From Candidatus Dormiibacterota bacterium (GTDB lineage: Bacteria > Chloroflexota > Dormibacteria > Aeolococcales > Aeolococcaceae), in the NCBI GenBank assembly GCA_963756075.1, contig CAVWMH010000006.1, positions 51,845-115,844 on the forward strand: a stretch of 64,000 nucleotides of DNA, written 5' to 3'. The notes under the pieces were generated by a model that worked only from the letters and a program-made list of their open reading frames with translations, did not search any database and was not told where the DNA came from. Made by a program: the position numbers and the translations under genes. Positions 51,277 through 63,591 of the stretch are shown here, piece after piece. Numbering within the stretch: position 1 is the first letter of the stretch; every line of letters begins with the position of its first letter.

Positions 51277-52350
51277 TCAGCCGCCGAGCACCTGGCGCGC
51301 TTCGCGCGCCATCTCCGCATCCTCTCTCGCTGTGACAACGACCACGGCCGGCCCCGAGCCGGCCTGTCCGATCACCGCATCGCCATCCGCTGCACGCAGC
51401 GTGTCAGGAAGTCCGAGCAGGCGGAGTCGAGCGCAGATCCTGGCGCGTATGAGGGCGGAGTGCTCGCCGACACCGCCCGTGAACACCAGCGCATCGAGGC
51501 GATCGAGCGACGTTGCGAGGCCGCCGATGACACGGCTCAGAACGTGGACGTAGACGTCGAGCGCATTGATGCACGCCGCATTGCCCGCGGCAGCCTCGCG
51601 CTCGACGTCGCGCACGTCTGAGAAGCCGCAGAGTCCGGCGAGCCCGCTGCTGTGCTCGAGCGAGCTGGTCATCGCTCCGACCGTGAGCCCGTGGTGATCC
51701 TGCAGCCAGAGCAGCGCCCCCGGGTCCACCGTCCCACTCCGCGTAGCCATCACCGCGCCCTCCAGGGGCGTGAAGCCCATGCTCGTGTCAACGCTGCGCC
51801 CATCGCGGACGGCGCACGCAGATACCCCCGAGCCGATATGCGCGATCACGACATGCAACGCGTCGGCGGGTCGATCCAGCAAAGCAGCCGCTCGCCGGCT
51901 CGCCCACGCGTAGGACAGCCCGTGGAATCCGTAGCGGCGGAGCCCCCACGCCCGCCACTGCGCCGGGACCGCGTACGTGGTTGCGGAGTCGGGAATGCTC
52001 GCGTGGAACGCGGTGTCGACACACACGACCTGCGGCCGGTCAATGCTCGCGCGCGCCGCATCCAGGAGGGCCAGGGCGGGGGGGACATGCAGAGGCGCGA
52101 GCGCGATTGCGGCGTCAAGCTCGTGACGCACCTCATCGTCGACGACGGTGGCGCGCCGGACCTCCGCGCCACCGTGGACCAACCGGTGCGCGACAGCATC
52201 GACCTCGCCCGCGCGCGCTGCGAAGGTGCGCAGCGCGTCGACCGGAGACGCGGTACCGTCGGTCTGCCGCTCGTCCTCGACGCGGTCGTGGCTGTCGACC
52301 ACGCTCAGCTTGAGGCTGCTCGAGCCCGCATTAACCGCGAGGACGCGCAT
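51277..52350 (-). CDS. ackA: Acetate kinase
   Basis: NAGSSSLK, HRLVHGG, APLH, DTAFH, RRYGFHG, SMGFTPLEG, FTGGVGE. Confidence 0.95.
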   Translation of the reverse strand: MRVLAVNAGSSSLKLSVVDSHDRVEDERQTDGTASPVDALRTFAARAGEVDAVAHRLVHGGAEVRRATVVDDEVRHELDAAIALAPLHVPPALALLDAARASIDRPQVVCVDTAFHASIPDSATTYAVPAQWRAWGLRRYGFHGLSYAWASRRAAALLDRPADALHVVIAHIGSGVSACAVRDGRSVDTSMGFTPLEGAVMATRSGTVDPGALLWLQDHHGLTVGAMTSSLEHSSGLAGLCGFSDVRDVEREAAAGNAACINALDVYVHVLSRVIGGLATSLDRLDALVFTGGVGEHSALIRARICARLRLLGLPDTLRAADGDAVIGQAGSGPAVVVVTAREDAEMAREARQVLGG

Positions 52351-52387
52351 GGATCAGTCCGGCTCGTGGGTCGCATCCTGTTCGCGC

Positions 52388-54750
52388 TCATCCCGGCCAC
52401 CGCCAGTCGCGAATCTCGGGCATGTCCTCGAAGTGCTCGCGGACATATTCGTGGTGCCGGTGCAGCTGTGCTTCGCAGTACCGCTTGAGTTCGGCTGCGC
52501 CGGCGGGAGACCTCCGGGAACGATGGAGCGCCTCCATCACCAGGTGGTAGCGGCTCATCTCGTTGAGGACCACCATGTCGAACGGCGTCGTCGTGGTGCC
52601 GTGTTCGTTGTAGCCGCGAACATGGAATCGACCGGCATTCGGCCGGCCGTGGACGACCTGGTGGAACGCCCGCGCGTAGCCGTGGAAGGCCATCACCACG
52701 TCGGTCTCATCGGTGAACAAGTCGGTGAAGGTCTGCGGAACTCAATGCGTGCGGATGGAACGGCGCCGGACTGACCGCCAGCAGGTCGACGACGTTGACC
52801 ACATGGAAGCGCAGCTCCGGCACGTGTTCGCGGAGGAGGGCTGCGGCGCCGAGCGTTTCGAGCGTCGGGATGTCGCCTGCGCAGCCGAGCACCACGTCCG
52901 GCTCGCCGTCACCGGCATTGGATGCCCACGTCCAGATGGACGCCCCACGCGTGCAGTGCTCGATGGCCGCGTCCATGGGCAGGTACTGGAGCTGCGGCTG
53001 CTTGTCGATGACGATGAGGTTCAGGTTGTTGCGATTCGTGAGGCAATGATCGGCGACGGAAAGGAGGCAGTTCGCGTCCGGCGGGAGATATACGCGGACC
53101 ACGTCGCCGCTCATGGCCATCACCGTATCGATGAGCCCGGGTCCCTGGTGGCTGAAACCGTTGTGATCGTTGCGCCAGCACGTGGAGGTCAGCAGGATGT
53201 TCAGTGACGCCACCGGCTCACGCCAGCTGAGCGCACGCGCTGCCTCGAGCCATTTCGCGTGCTGGACGGTCATCGACGCGGAGACCATCGCGAACGCCTC
53301 GTAGGTCGCGAACAGCCCGTGCCTACCGGTGAGCAGGTATCCCTCGAGCCAGCCCTCGCAGAGATGCTCCGAGAGCACCTCCATGACGCGCCCGTCGGCG
53401 CTGACGTGATCGTCGATCGGAATGATCGCTTCCTCGAAACAGCGGTTCTCGACGTCGAACACGGCGCCCAGCCGGTTGCTGTTGGTCTCGTCCGGGCAGA
53501 ACAGGCGGAAGTTGTTGGGATTGTCGCGGTAGATGTCGCGAATCCACTCGCCGAGGCGGCGGGTCGAACTCGCCGACGGACACGCCGGGGTCGACAGTCA
53601 TCGCGTAATCGCGGAAGTCGCGGAGCTCCAGGGGACGGAGCAGCCTCCCGCCGTTGGCGTGCGCCGAAGACCCCATTCGCCTGTCGCCGTGAGGCATCAG
53701 CGCAGTCACAGCTGCCACAGGGCGACCGGCGGTGTCGAACAGCTCCTGGGGGCGGTAGCTGCGCATCCACTCCTCGAGCTGCTCGAGGTGAGCCGGGTTG
53801 GCGCGCACGTTGTCGAGGGGCACCTGATGGGCGCGGAAGGTGCCCTCGACCGGGAGCCCATCGACGATCTTCGGGCCCGTCCAACCTTTCGGCGTGCGCA
53901 GCACGATCGCCGGCCACGTGGCGCGACCCACGTTCCTGCCGCTCCGCGCTCCCGACTGGATCTCTCGAATCCGTTCGTAGCAGCGGTCGAGGGTGCGAGC
54001 GAATTCCTCGTGCACGAGACGGGGGTCGTCACCGCCGACGACGTGAACCTCGTATCCGTGCGCGCCGAGGAGACCGCGCAGATCCTCCTCGCGCGCGCGT
54101 CCGAGCACCGTGGGGCCGCTGATCTTGTATCCGTTCAGCTGCAGAATCGGGAGCACCGCGCCATCGCGTCGCGGGTCGAGGAAGCTCACGCATTTCCACG
54201 ATCCCTCGAGCGGTCCCGTCTCCGCTTCGCCGTCGCCGACGACGCACGCCGCGATCAAGTCGGGATTGTCGAAAACTGCGCCGAAGGCGTGCGCGAGCGC
54301 GTAGCCCAGCTCGCCACCTTCGTGAATGGAGCCCGGCGTCGGGACGCTCACGTGGCTGGGGATGCCGCCCGGTGTCGAGAACTGACGCACGAGCCGGAGC
54401 AGGCCGAGCTCGTCGAGTGAGACCTCCGGATAGATCTCTGAATAGGTTCCCTCGAGGTAGACGTTGGCAACGATCGCCGGACCGCCGTGCCCGGGGCCGG
54501 CAATGTAGAGGACATCGCAGTCGCGTTGCTGTATCAGGCGGTTGAGCTGGACGTAGATCAGGCTCAGACCCGGCGACGTTCCCCAGTGACCGAGCAGCCG
54601 CGGTTTGATGTGCTCCACGCGAAGCGGCTCGCGCAGCAGCGGGTTTGCCTGCAGGTAGATCTGCGCGACGGTCAGGTAGTTCGCCGCGGTCCAGGACGTG
54701 ACCAGCGCATCCACGTCGACCGTGGCGGTTGACGAAGTCAAGGTGCTCAC
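52388..54750 (-). CDS. xfp: Phosphoketolase (Xfp), frameshifted near 53565 and 52740
   Basis: [58 protein letters not shown]. Confidence 0.93.
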
Positions 54751-54831
54751 CACCGGCATCGTAGCCGGGGCAGCCGCCTGGCGACCTGGCGCCAGCTCGG
54801 GAGGATCGTATAGCCAGGGTATCGTGCAGTG

Positions 54832-55425
54832 ATGAGCGATCCGATCGACGTCCGGGAGCGCCTCGGACTCTGCGATCTCCTGCTCGAGCTGGGTCCGGAC
54901 GCACCCACGTTGTGTGAGGGATGGACGACGGCCGACCTCGCCGCGCACCTGGTGCTTCGAGAGCATTTCCACCGCTGGTCGGACGCTCAGCGTGCCCAGG
55001 AGAAGGCACAAGGGTTCCCGGCGCTGGTTGCACGTCTGCGTGCCGGTGCGCCCCTGATTCCGTGGCGTCTTCCACGGATTCGCGACGTCTTCAACGGGTT
55101 GGAATACTTCACCCACCACGAGGATGTCCGCCGCGCGAACGGCCATGAGCCGCGCGCGCCCACCGCTGATCTCGAGGCGCTGGCGTGGCGAATGACCGGC
55201 TTCAACGCCCGGCGGCTGGCGCGCCGAATCCGTCCGTACGGGGTCGAACTCGTCCGGCCCGACGGCCAGCGGCGGCGGTACGGATCGGGTGATAGGGCGA
55301 CCATCAGCGGTCCGGCAACCGAGCTCATCCTCTACCTCGGCGGCAGACGCGCGACGGCGCGCGTGACCCTCGGCGGGGATGCCGATGCCGCTGCTGCGGT
55401 GCGCGAAACCACAATGGCGCTCTGA
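54832..55425 (+). CDS. Maleylpyruvate-isomerase/DinB-like metal-binding protein (TIGR03085-like)
   Basis: [11 protein letters not shown]...[21 protein letters not shown]. Confidence 0.85.
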   Translation: MSDPIDVRERLGLCDLLLELGPDAPTLCEGWTTADLAAHLVLREHFHRWSDAQRAQEKAQGFPALVARLRAGAPLIPWRLPRIRDVFNGLEYFTHHEDVRRANGHEPRAPTADLEALAWRMTGFNARRLARRIRPYGVELVRPDGQRRRYGSGDRATISGPATELILYLGGRRATARVTLGGDADAAAAVRETTMAL

Positions 55426-55464
55426 GTTGCTGGAGATGCGCCAAGCGCGTACGTGGGAGGATCG

Positions 55465-55863
55465 GTGACGGAGTCGGTGACCCGGATGCTCGCCGGCGAC
55501 GCTGCATCGCGGAGCCTCGGCATCCAGGTGCGCGACGTCAGCGCCGGGGCTGCCACCGCCACCATGCGGGTGCGCGAGGACATGGTCAACGGCCACGGCA
55601 TCACGCACGGGGCGTTTGTTTTCGCGGTCGCGGATACGGCGTTCGCCTGTGCGTGCAACAGCCACGGCCCGTTGACCGTCGCGGCCGCAGCCGACATCAC
55701 CTTCATCGCGCCGTCGTACAGCGGCGACGTGCTCGAAGCGCGTGCAGTGGAGCGCACCCGGTTCGGGCGCTCGGGAATCTACGACGTCACCGTGCGCCGT
55801 GGTGACGATGTCATCGCCGAGTTCCGGGGAACCAGCCGCACCGTCGAGAGGGATCCTGCGTGA
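55465..55863 (+). CDS. paaI: Phenylacetyl-CoA thioesterase PaaI
   Basis: [29 protein letters not shown]; RBS GGAGG. Confidence 0.92.
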   Translation: MTESVTRMLAGDAASRSLGIQVRDVSAGAATATMRVREDMVNGHGITHGAFVFAVADTAFACACNSHGPLTVAAAADITFIAPSYSGDVLEARAVERTRFGRSGIYDVTVRRGDDVIAEFRGTSRTVERDPA

Positions 55864-57170
55864 CCAGTCTCGGGGCCGCGCCGCCGCCGGAGTTCCTCGA
55901 CCCAGGTGAACGCCTGAGCCGCGACGCACTCCTGGAGCTGCAACTCCGGCGTCTGCGCTGGTCGTTGGCTCACGCCTTTACCAACGTGCCGCATTATCGC
56001 CGCGCCTTCGAATCGGCAGGGGTCACCCCCGACGACTGCGAGACGCTCGCCGACCTGGCGAGATTTCCCTTGACGACCAAGCTCGATCTCCGGGACAACT
56101 ACCCGTTCGGCATGTTCGCCGTACCGCTGGCGGACGTGCGCCGCATCCACGCGTCGAGCGGGACCACCGGGCGCCCGACGGTCGTCGGCTACACACAGGA
56201 CGATCTCGACGTCTGGGCTGACCTGATGGCGCGGTCCATCCGCGCCGCCGGGGGACGTCCGGGAGACATGGTGCACGTTGCCTACGGCTACGGCCTGTTC
56301 ACGGGCGGGCTGGGCGCGCACTACGGCGCGGAGCGCCTCGGCTGCACTGTCGTCCCGGTGTCGGGTGGCATGACGCCGCGCCAGGTGCAGCTGATCCGCG
56401 ACTTCGAGCCCGCGATCATCATGGTCACGCCGTCATACATGCTCGCTCTCATCGATGAGCTCGAACGCCAGGGAGTGGATCCGCGGACGTGCTCGCTACG
56501 CATCGGGATCTTCGGTGCGGAACCGTGGACCGAGGCGATGCGTGCGGAGATCGAAGAGCGCGTGCACATGCACGCTGTGGACATCTACGGACTCTCCGAG
56601 GTCATGGGGCCGGGCGTATCGCAGGAGTGCGTCGAAACCAAGGATGGCCTGCACGTCTGGGAGGACCACTTCTATCCCGAGGTGATCGACCCGGTCGGTG
56701 GCGCCGTGCTCCCCGACGGAGAGCTCGGCGAGCTGGTGTTCACGTCGCTGACGAAGCAGGCGCTGCCCATCATCCGCTACAGGACTCGGGACCTCACGCG
56801 ATTGCTACCGGGGACAGCACGACCCGCGTTCCGCCGCATGGAGAAGGTGACCGGTCGCAGCGACGACATGATCATCCTTCGTGGGGTCAACGTCTTTCCG
56901 ACCCAACTCGAGGAGCTGGTTCTCCGCACCGCGGGTCTCGCTCCGCATTTCCAGCTGATCCTCGAACGTGCCGGACGGCTCGACACGTTGACCGTGCGTG
57001 TCGAGGCTCGCCCCGACTGCCCGCTGGAGCGTCGCGCTCCCGCCGCGCACTCGCTCACACGTGAGGTCAAGGGTCGCGTGGGGGTCACCGTCGAGGTGGA
57101 GGTCGTCGACCCGGACACGCTCGAGCGGTCGGCCGGCAAGCTGCAGCGGGTGATCGACCGGCGGTCGTAG
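55860..57170 (+). CDS. paaK: Phenylacetate-CoA ligase
   Basis: [41 protein letters not shown]. Confidence 0.95.
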   Translation: MTSLGAAPPPEFLDPGERLSRDALLELQLRRLRWSLAHAFTNVPHYRRAFESAGVTPDDCETLADLARFPLTTKLDLRDNYPFGMFAVPLADVRRIHASSGTTGRPTVVGYTQDDLDVWADLMARSIRAAGGRPGDMVHVAYGYGLFTGGLGAHYGAERLGCTVVPVSGGMTPRQVQLIRDFEPAIIMVTPSYMLALIDELERQGVDPRTCSLRIGIFGAEPWTEAMRAEIEERVHMHAVDIYGLSEVMGPGVSQECVETKDGLHVWEDHFYPEVIDPVGGAVLPDGELGELVFTSLTKQALPIIRYRTRDLTRLLPGTARPAFRRMEKVTGRSDDMIILRGVNVFPTQLEELVLRTAGLAPHFQLILERAGRLDTLTVRVEARPDCPLERRAPAAHSLTREVKGRVGVTVEVEVVDPDTLERSAGKLQRVIDRRS

Positions 57171-57228
57171 ACTTCCCCAGCCCGCCGGTCGGACACGCCA
57201 GTCCGCGGGTCACGGGAGGCACATCGGG

Positions 57229-57696
57229 GTGGATCGGTTTCTGCTGTACCGGACCTACGACGAGCTGGAGGTCGGTCAGACCCAGCGCACGCGAGGGCGG
57301 ACGATCACCGAGACCGACATCGTCAACTGGTGCGCGCTCACCGGCGATTGGTTCTACCCGCACATCGACGTGGTGGCGGCTGAGCGCTCGATGTTCGGCC
57401 AGCGGGTTGCGCCCGGGATCATGGTGTTCGCGCTCGGCACCGGGCTCGGCGTTCCCAGCGATGCGACCACCATCCTCGCCAACTACGGCACCGACCGGTT
57501 GCGCTACACGGCCCCGACGTGGATCAACGACACCATCTACCTCGACATCGAGGTGATCGAGAAGTCCGATCGCGACGCGAAGTCGGGGCTCGTGTCGTAT
57601 CGCTGGGACGTGCTCAACCAGAATGGCGTCACGGTGTGCGCGAGCCAGTTGAAGATTCTCACCGCCAAGGAGCGAGCGCCGTATGCCGGAATCTGA
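57229..57696 (+). CDS. MaoC-family (PaaZ C-terminal-like) dehydratase
   Basis: GRTITETD, TGD..YPH.D, FG.RVA.G, NYG.D.LR. Confidence 0.85.
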   Translation: MDRFLLYRTYDELEVGQTQRTRGRTITETDIVNWCALTGDWFYPHIDVVAAERSMFGQRVAPGIMVFALGTGLGVPSDATTILANYGTDRLRYTAPTWINDTIYLDIEVIEKSDRDAKSGLVSYRWDVLNQNGVTVCASQLKILTAKERAPYAGI

Positions 57697-58477
57697 CGAG
57701 CGCAGGACGGTACGCCTGACCATCGAGGACGGCGTCGCCGAGCTGGTGCTCGATCGGCCCGACAAGATGAACGCGATGAGCGTCGCGATGGTTCGGGAGC
57801 TCATGGACAGCCTCGACGCCGCCGAGAAGGGCGGGGCGCGGGCGCTGCTCGTTCGTGGTGAAGGGCGGGCCTTCTGCAGCGGGCGCGATCTCTCCGAGGC
57901 CGACCCGCTCCACGAGGATGGCGAGGCGATCCTCCGTGTCCAGATCAACCCGCTGATGGCGCGGATGGCCGGCATTGCAGTACCGACCATTGCGGCCGTC
58001 CACGGCGCGTGTCTCGGTACCGGGCTCGGCCTCGCGCTCGCGTGCGACATTCTGTATGCGGCTGACGATGCCCGGATCGGCTCGCCGTTCGCGCGCATCG
58101 GGGCCGTCCTGGACAGCGGCGCCCACGCGGCGTTGGTCTCGCGGGTCGGCCCGCACCGAGCGCTCGAGCTCGTCTACACGGGGCGGCTGCTCTCCGGGCG
58201 CGAGGCGGCGCAATGCGGGCTCGTGAATCGCAGCGTGGCGGGGGCCGACCTCGTTCGCCGGACTCGCGAGCTGGCGCGCGCGATCGGGAACGGACCAACC
58301 GCGGCCTTCCTCGAGTCGAAGCGCATCGTGCGCATGGTCCAGGACGGGTCGAGCTCGCTGACGGACCTGCTTGCGGCCGAGGCGGCGGCGCAGGGTCGTG
58401 CGTCGCGCACCCACGATTACCAGGACGGGATCTCGGCGTTCCAGGAGAAGCGCAGGCCGGCCTTCACCGGTCGGTAG
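57683..58477 (+). CDS. Enoyl-CoA hydratase/isomerase (PaaG-like)
   Basis: RPDKMNA, AFCSG.D, G.GLALACD, F.RIG...DSG, AFQEKR.P.F.GR. Confidence 0.85.
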   Translation: MPESDERRTVRLTIEDGVAELVLDRPDKMNAMSVAMVRELMDSLDAAEKGGARALLVRGEGRAFCSGRDLSEADPLHEDGEAILRVQINPLMARMAGIAVPTIAAVHGACLGTGLGLALACDILYAADDARIGSPFARIGAVLDSGAHAALVSRVGPHRALELVYTGRLLSGREAAQCGLVNRSVAGADLVRRTRELARAIGNGPTAAFLESKRIVRMVQDGSSSLTDLLAAEAAAQGRASRTHDYQDGISAFQEKRRPAFTGR

Positions 58478-58488
58478 CCTGCGCTCCT

Positions 58489-59301
<813 letters not shown>

Positions 59302-59312
59302 GATCGATCAAC

Positions 59313-60431
59313 GTGAGTGTGGAGGTGTCGTCCGCCGCCAGCGAGCCGTCCTCATTTCCGGGGCCTTCGAAGGCCGCCTGGCAGGATGTCGGCGCCGGCG
59401 GGGCCCTGACGGCTGCACTACCCCATGACGTCGACCTGAGCCACGACCAGCTCCGCTCCCTCTACCGTCTGATGGCGCTGAGCCGGCGGGTTGACCGCCA
59501 GGCGATCAATCTCACCCGCCAGGGAGCGCTCGGCGTCTTCGCCTCGAGCCACGGTCAGGAGGCGGCGCAGGTCGGCTCGGTGTTCGCGCTCGAGCCCGAC
59601 GACTGGCTCTTCCCAACCTACCGTGAGACCGTCGGCACGTTCGCCCGGGGGGTCGACGTGGTCGATCTCCTCGCGCTCTTCTCGGGCAGCTGGCACTGCG
59701 GCTTCGACCCCTACCGCTACAGGGTGGCTCCGCTGACGACGCCACTGGCCACGCAGGCGCTGCATGCCGTCGGTCTCGCGATGGCGGCGCGCATCAAGCG
59801 CGACCCGATCGTCGCGCTCACCTTCTTCGGTGACGGTGCCGCCAGCGAGGGTGACGCGCACGAGGCGCTGAACATGGCCGCCGTCTACGGCGCGCCGGTG
59901 GTGTTCGTCGTTCAGAACAACGGCTACGCGATCAGCGTTCCCTTCCGCCTGCAGACGAAGACGTCGTCGATCGCGCTGCGCGCGCCCGGCGTCGGCATGC
60001 CAGGCATCCGCGTCGACGGCAACGACGTCATCTCGGTGTACGGAGCGGTGAAGACGGCGGTGGACCGAGCACGCCGCGGTGAGGGACCGACGCTGATCGA
60101 GGCCGTCACCTACCGCCTCGAGGCGCACACCACCGCCGATGACACCACCCGGTATCGCAGCGACGACAAGTCCACCGAGTGGCGCGCGCGCGATCCGGTT
60201 GAGGGCTTCCTGGGCGTGCTGCGCGGGGGCGGCATCGTGGACGACGCCTTTCTCGCGGAGGTCGAGGCGGAAGGCGAGGCGACCGCCGCGCGCATGCGTG
60301 ACTTTCTCTTCGGTGCGCCGGCCGGCGATCCGCGCGAGATGTTCGACCACGTCTACGCCACGCCGACGGCGCAGCTCGAGGCTCAGCGCGCGATGCTCGG
60401 ACAGGAACTGCGGGCGGCCGAGGAGAGCTGA
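59313..60431 (+). CDS. 2-oxoacid dehydrogenase E1 alpha (PdhA/BkdA-like)
   Basis: GQEA, PTYR, GDGA.SEG...NN TPP motif, HTTADD. Confidence 0.92.
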   Translation: MSVEVSSAASEPSSFPGPSKAAWQDVGAGGALTAALPHDVDLSHDQLRSLYRLMALSRRVDRQAINLTRQGALGVFASSHGQEAAQVGSVFALEPDDWLFPTYRETVGTFARGVDVVDLLALFSGSWHCGFDPYRYRVAPLTTPLATQALHAVGLAMAARIKRDPIVALTFFGDGAASEGDAHEALNMAAVYGAPVVFVVQNNGYAISVPFRLQTKTSSIALRAPGVGMPGIRVDGNDVISVYGAVKTAVDRARRGEGPTLIEAVTYRLEAHTTADDTTRYRSDDKSTEWRARDPVEGFLGVLRGGGIVDDAFLAEVEAEGEATAARMRDFLFGAPAGDPREMFDHVYATPTAQLEAQRAMLGQELRAAEES

Positions 60432-61405
60432 TGGAGCTCACGATGGCCGGCGCGCTCAATGCCGCGCTGCGCGACTCGATGCGCGAGGACGACACCGTCG
60501 TCGTGTACGGGGAGGATGTCGGCAGGCTGGGGGGTGTCTTCCGCATCACCGACGAACTCCAGGCCGAAATGGGCTCCGACCGCTGCTTCGACACGCCGGT
60601 CGCCGAGTCGGGCATCGCCGGTACCGCCATCGGCATGGCGCTGTATGGGCTGCGCCCGGTGGTGGAGATGCAGTTCGACGGGTTCTCCTACCCCGCGCTC
60701 AACCAGGTCATCAGCCACGTCGCGAAGTACCGCAACCGCACTCGCGGCCGGGTGGGCCTGCCGATGGTGATCCGGATCCCGTACGGGGGCGGCATCGGCG
60801 CAGTCGAGCACCACTCGGAAAGTCCCGAGGCGTACTACTCGCACACCGCGGGGCTCACGGTCGTGTCACCGGGGACCCCGGCCGACGCCTATGCGCTGCT
60901 GCGCGCGTCCATCGCGTTCGACGACCCGGTCATCTTCCTCGAGCCGAAGCGGCGGTACTGGTTGAAGGAGGACCTCGACCTGCCGGTGACCGCGCCACCC
61001 ATCGGCGAGGCGGTCGTCCGTCGCGCCGGGACCACGGCGACGCTTATCGCCTACGGACCGATGGTGACCACCGCGATCGAGGCGGCCACGCGCGCCGCGG
61101 ACGAAAACGGCTGGGACCTCGAGGTTGTCGACGTTCGCACGCTGTCGCCGGTCGACATGGACACCATGGTGGCGAGCGCCACCAAGACGGGACGGGCACT
61201 CGTGGTCCACGAGGCTGCGCGATTCGTCGGTTATGGCGCGGAGATCGCCGCGGAGTTGAGCGAGCGCGCCTTCGGGTATCTTGCGGCGCCGGTGCTGCGC
61301 GTCACCGGGTTCGACGTTCCGTATCCCTCGGCCAAGATCGAGCGTCACTTCCTGCCCGACGCCGATCGCATCCTCGACGCCGTCGCGCGACTGCTCGAAT
61401 ACTGA
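60431..61405 (+). CDS. 2-oxoacid dehydrogenase E1 beta
   Basis: GEDV...GGVFR.T, DTP.AE, EMQF, HHSESPE. Confidence 0.93.
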   Translation: MELTMAGALNAALRDSMREDDTVVVYGEDVGRLGGVFRITDELQAEMGSDRCFDTPVAESGIAGTAIGMALYGLRPVVEMQFDGFSYPALNQVISHVAKYRNRTRGRVGLPMVIRIPYGGGIGAVEHHSESPEAYYSHTAGLTVVSPGTPADAYALLRASIAFDDPVIFLEPKRRYWLKEDLDLPVTAPPIGEAVVRRAGTTATLIAYGPMVTTAIEAATRAADENGWDLEVVDVRTLSPVDMDTMVASATKTGRALVVHEAARFVGYGAEIAAELSERAFGYLAAPVLRVTGFDVPYPSAKIERHFLPDADRILDAVARLLEY

Positions 61406-61408
61406 TCG

Positions 61409-62629
61409 ATGCCGACGATCCGCGACTTTCTCATGCCCGACCTCGGCGAGGGGCTCACCGAGGGAGAGATCAACCGCTGGCTGGTGGCCGAGGGCGATGT
61501 CGTGGTTGTTGACCAACCCATCGCCGAGATCACCACCGAAAAGGCGGTGGTCGAGGTGCCCACGCCGTTTGCCGGACGCGTTGCGACGCTGCACGGCGCC
61601 GCGGGCCAGACCATCACCGTCGGCAAGCCGCTGATCAGCATCGAGGTTGCCGGCCCGCCTGCCAACTCGCAATCCGGCAACGTCCTGGTGGGCTACGGAA
61701 CCAGTGAGGCGGCGCCGCGTGCGCGCCGAAGCGCACCGGTGGCCGGCGCATCCGCCTCGCACGCGACGGTTGCGATGCCGCCGGCTTCGCCGCTTGTGCG
61801 CCGACAGGCGGCCGACCTGGGCATTGACCTCAGCACGATTGCCGGCAGCGGGCCGGGCGGCATGGTGACCCAGGCCGACCTCGAGCGCGCGCGTGGCCAG
61901 GAACGAGCGCCGGTCGCGCCGGCAAAGCCGCCCACGATCCCCGGCGGCAAACGAATTGCGCTCACAGGCGTCGACCGCATCTCAGCGGAACGGCTGACCC
62001 GCTCCCATCACGAGACGCCGACGGCGGCGGCGTGGGTCACCGCCGACGCGACCCGTCTCCTGGCGATACGGTCCGACCTCGAGGGATCGACGGCCGGCAA
62101 GCTGACACCCTTCGCGCTCATCCTGTACCTGTGTGTCCGCGCACTCGAGAGGTTTCCCCGCCTCAACGCGCACTTCGACACGCAGTCCAACGAGATCGTC
62201 GCCTTCGACTCGATTCACCTCGGGGTCGCCGTCCAGACGGATCACGGTCTTGTGGTCGCGGTCATACGCGACGCGCAGGCCAAATCAGCGACGGAGATCT
62301 CGGGCGACCTCGCGCGGCTTGCCGGCGCCGCACGCGACGGCTCCATCGACCTGGCCGACCTCCGCGGCAGCACGTTCACGGTGTCGAACTTCGGGGCCTT
62401 CGGGGTTGACGGCGGCACCGCGATCGTCAATCCGCCCGAGGCGGCGATCCTCGGCGTCGGGCAGATCGCGACACGACCGTGGGTCATCGAGGCCACGGTT
62501 GTGCCACGCTCGGTCGTGGAACTCTCACTCGTGTTCGATCACCGCGTTGCCGACGGGGGCCTCGCGGGTGGCTTCATCCGACACGTTGCGGACCTCATCG
62601 AGGCTCCTGACGAGGCACTTGCCCAATGA
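61409..62629 (+). CDS. Dihydrolipoamide acyltransferase E2
   Basis: Lipoyl domain (PDLGEG, TEKA), E3-binding SP.VRR, DHRVADG. Confidence 0.93.
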   Translation: MPTIRDFLMPDLGEGLTEGEINRWLVAEGDVVVVDQPIAEITTEKAVVEVPTPFAGRVATLHGAAGQTITVGKPLISIEVAGPPANSQSGNVLVGYGTSEAAPRARRSAPVAGASASHATVAMPPASPLVRRQAADLGIDLSTIAGSGPGGMVTQADLERARGQERAPVAPAKPPTIPGGKRIALTGVDRISAERLTRSHHETPTAAAWVTADATRLLAIRSDLEGSTAGKLTPFALILYLCVRALERFPRLNAHFDTQSNEIVAFDSIHLGVAVQTDHGLVVAVIRDAQAKSATEISGDLARLAGAARDGSIDLADLRGSTFTVSNFGAFGVDGGTAIVNPPEAAILGVGQIATRPWVIEATVVPRSVVELSLVFDHRVADGGLAGGFIRHVADLIEAPDEALAQ

Positions 62630-63585
62630 TTGAATCCCCGGCGCCGAAGGCAGAGCTCCGCCGAGCCCAGGCCGACACCTGGGTGTATTTCGACGGCGAG
62701 TTCCGCAGATATGGCGACGCGCATGTCGGTCTGCTCACCCATGCGCTGCACTATGGGACGGGATGCTTCGAGGGCATCCGCGCGTACTGGAGCGAGCGGC
62801 AGCGGCGCCTCAACGTGTTCCGGTTGGCCGATCACTTCGCGCGAATGACGGGCAACGCGCACATGCTCCACATGGAGCTGCCGCATACCATCGACGAGCT
62901 CTGCGACATCACCGTCGAGCTGCTCCGCCGCAACGCGTTCACCACCGACGTCTACGTGCGGCCGCTCGTCTACAAGGCGAACGAGGAGATCGGCATTCGC
63001 TTCCACAACCTGCGCGACGGCTTCATGATCGTCCCGGTGCCGTTCGGTGCGTACGTGGACACGACCGGCGGCATTCGCTGCCAGGTGTCGAGCTGGCGGC
63101 GCATCGACGACAACGTCGCGCCCGCACGATCAAAGGCGACGGGCATCTACATCAGCAGCGCGCTCGCCAAGACCGAGGCATTTCTCAACGGGTTCGACGA
63201 GGCGATTCTCATGACCCAGGAAGGGCATGTCTGCGAAGGCAGCGCTGAGAACCTCTTCATCCTCCGTCGCGGTCAGTTGATCACTCCGCCGGCGTCGGAG
63301 AACATCGTCGAAGGCGTCACCCGAGCGGTGCTCATGACCCTCGCGACAGATGAGCTCGGCGTCGAGGTCGTCGAGCGCGCGATCGACCGCAGCGAGCTGT
63401 ACGTCGCCGACGAGGTTCTGCTCTGCGGCACCGGTGCGGAGGTGGCGGCGGTGATCGAGATCGACCGCCGTACCATCGGCTCCGGGTCGCCGGGCGCGGT
63501 CACCCGCAAGCTCCAGGACCTCTATTTCGGCGCCTGCAAGGGCGAGAACGACCGCTACGCGAGCTGGCTGACCCCGATCACCTGA
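62626..63585 (+). CDS. ilvE: Branched-chain amino acid aminotransferase (class IV)
   Basis: HALHYG.G.FEG.RAY, KATG.Y, EGSAEN, GVTR, GTGAE. Confidence 0.92.
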   Translation: MIESPAPKAELRRAQADTWVYFDGEFRRYGDAHVGLLTHALHYGTGCFEGIRAYWSERQRRLNVFRLADHFARMTGNAHMLHMELPHTIDELCDITVELLRRNAFTTDVYVRPLVYKANEEIGIRFHNLRDGFMIVPVPFGAYVDTTGGIRCQVSSWRRIDDNVAPARSKATGIYISSALAKTEAFLNGFDEAILMTQEGHVCEGSAENLFILRRGQLITPPASENIVEGVTRAVLMTLATDELGVEVVERAIDRSELYVADEVLLCGTGAEVAAVIEIDRRTIGSGSPGAVTRKLQDLYFGACKGENDRYASWLTPIT

Positions 63586-63591
63586 TCACGA

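Noticed and set aside
53323-55929. 868-aa ORF as an N-terminally extended phosphoketolase
   Set aside because: The upstream part is antisense to the TIGR03085-like gene and paaI. Xfp similarity starts near 54750, where a -10 box precedes a GTG.
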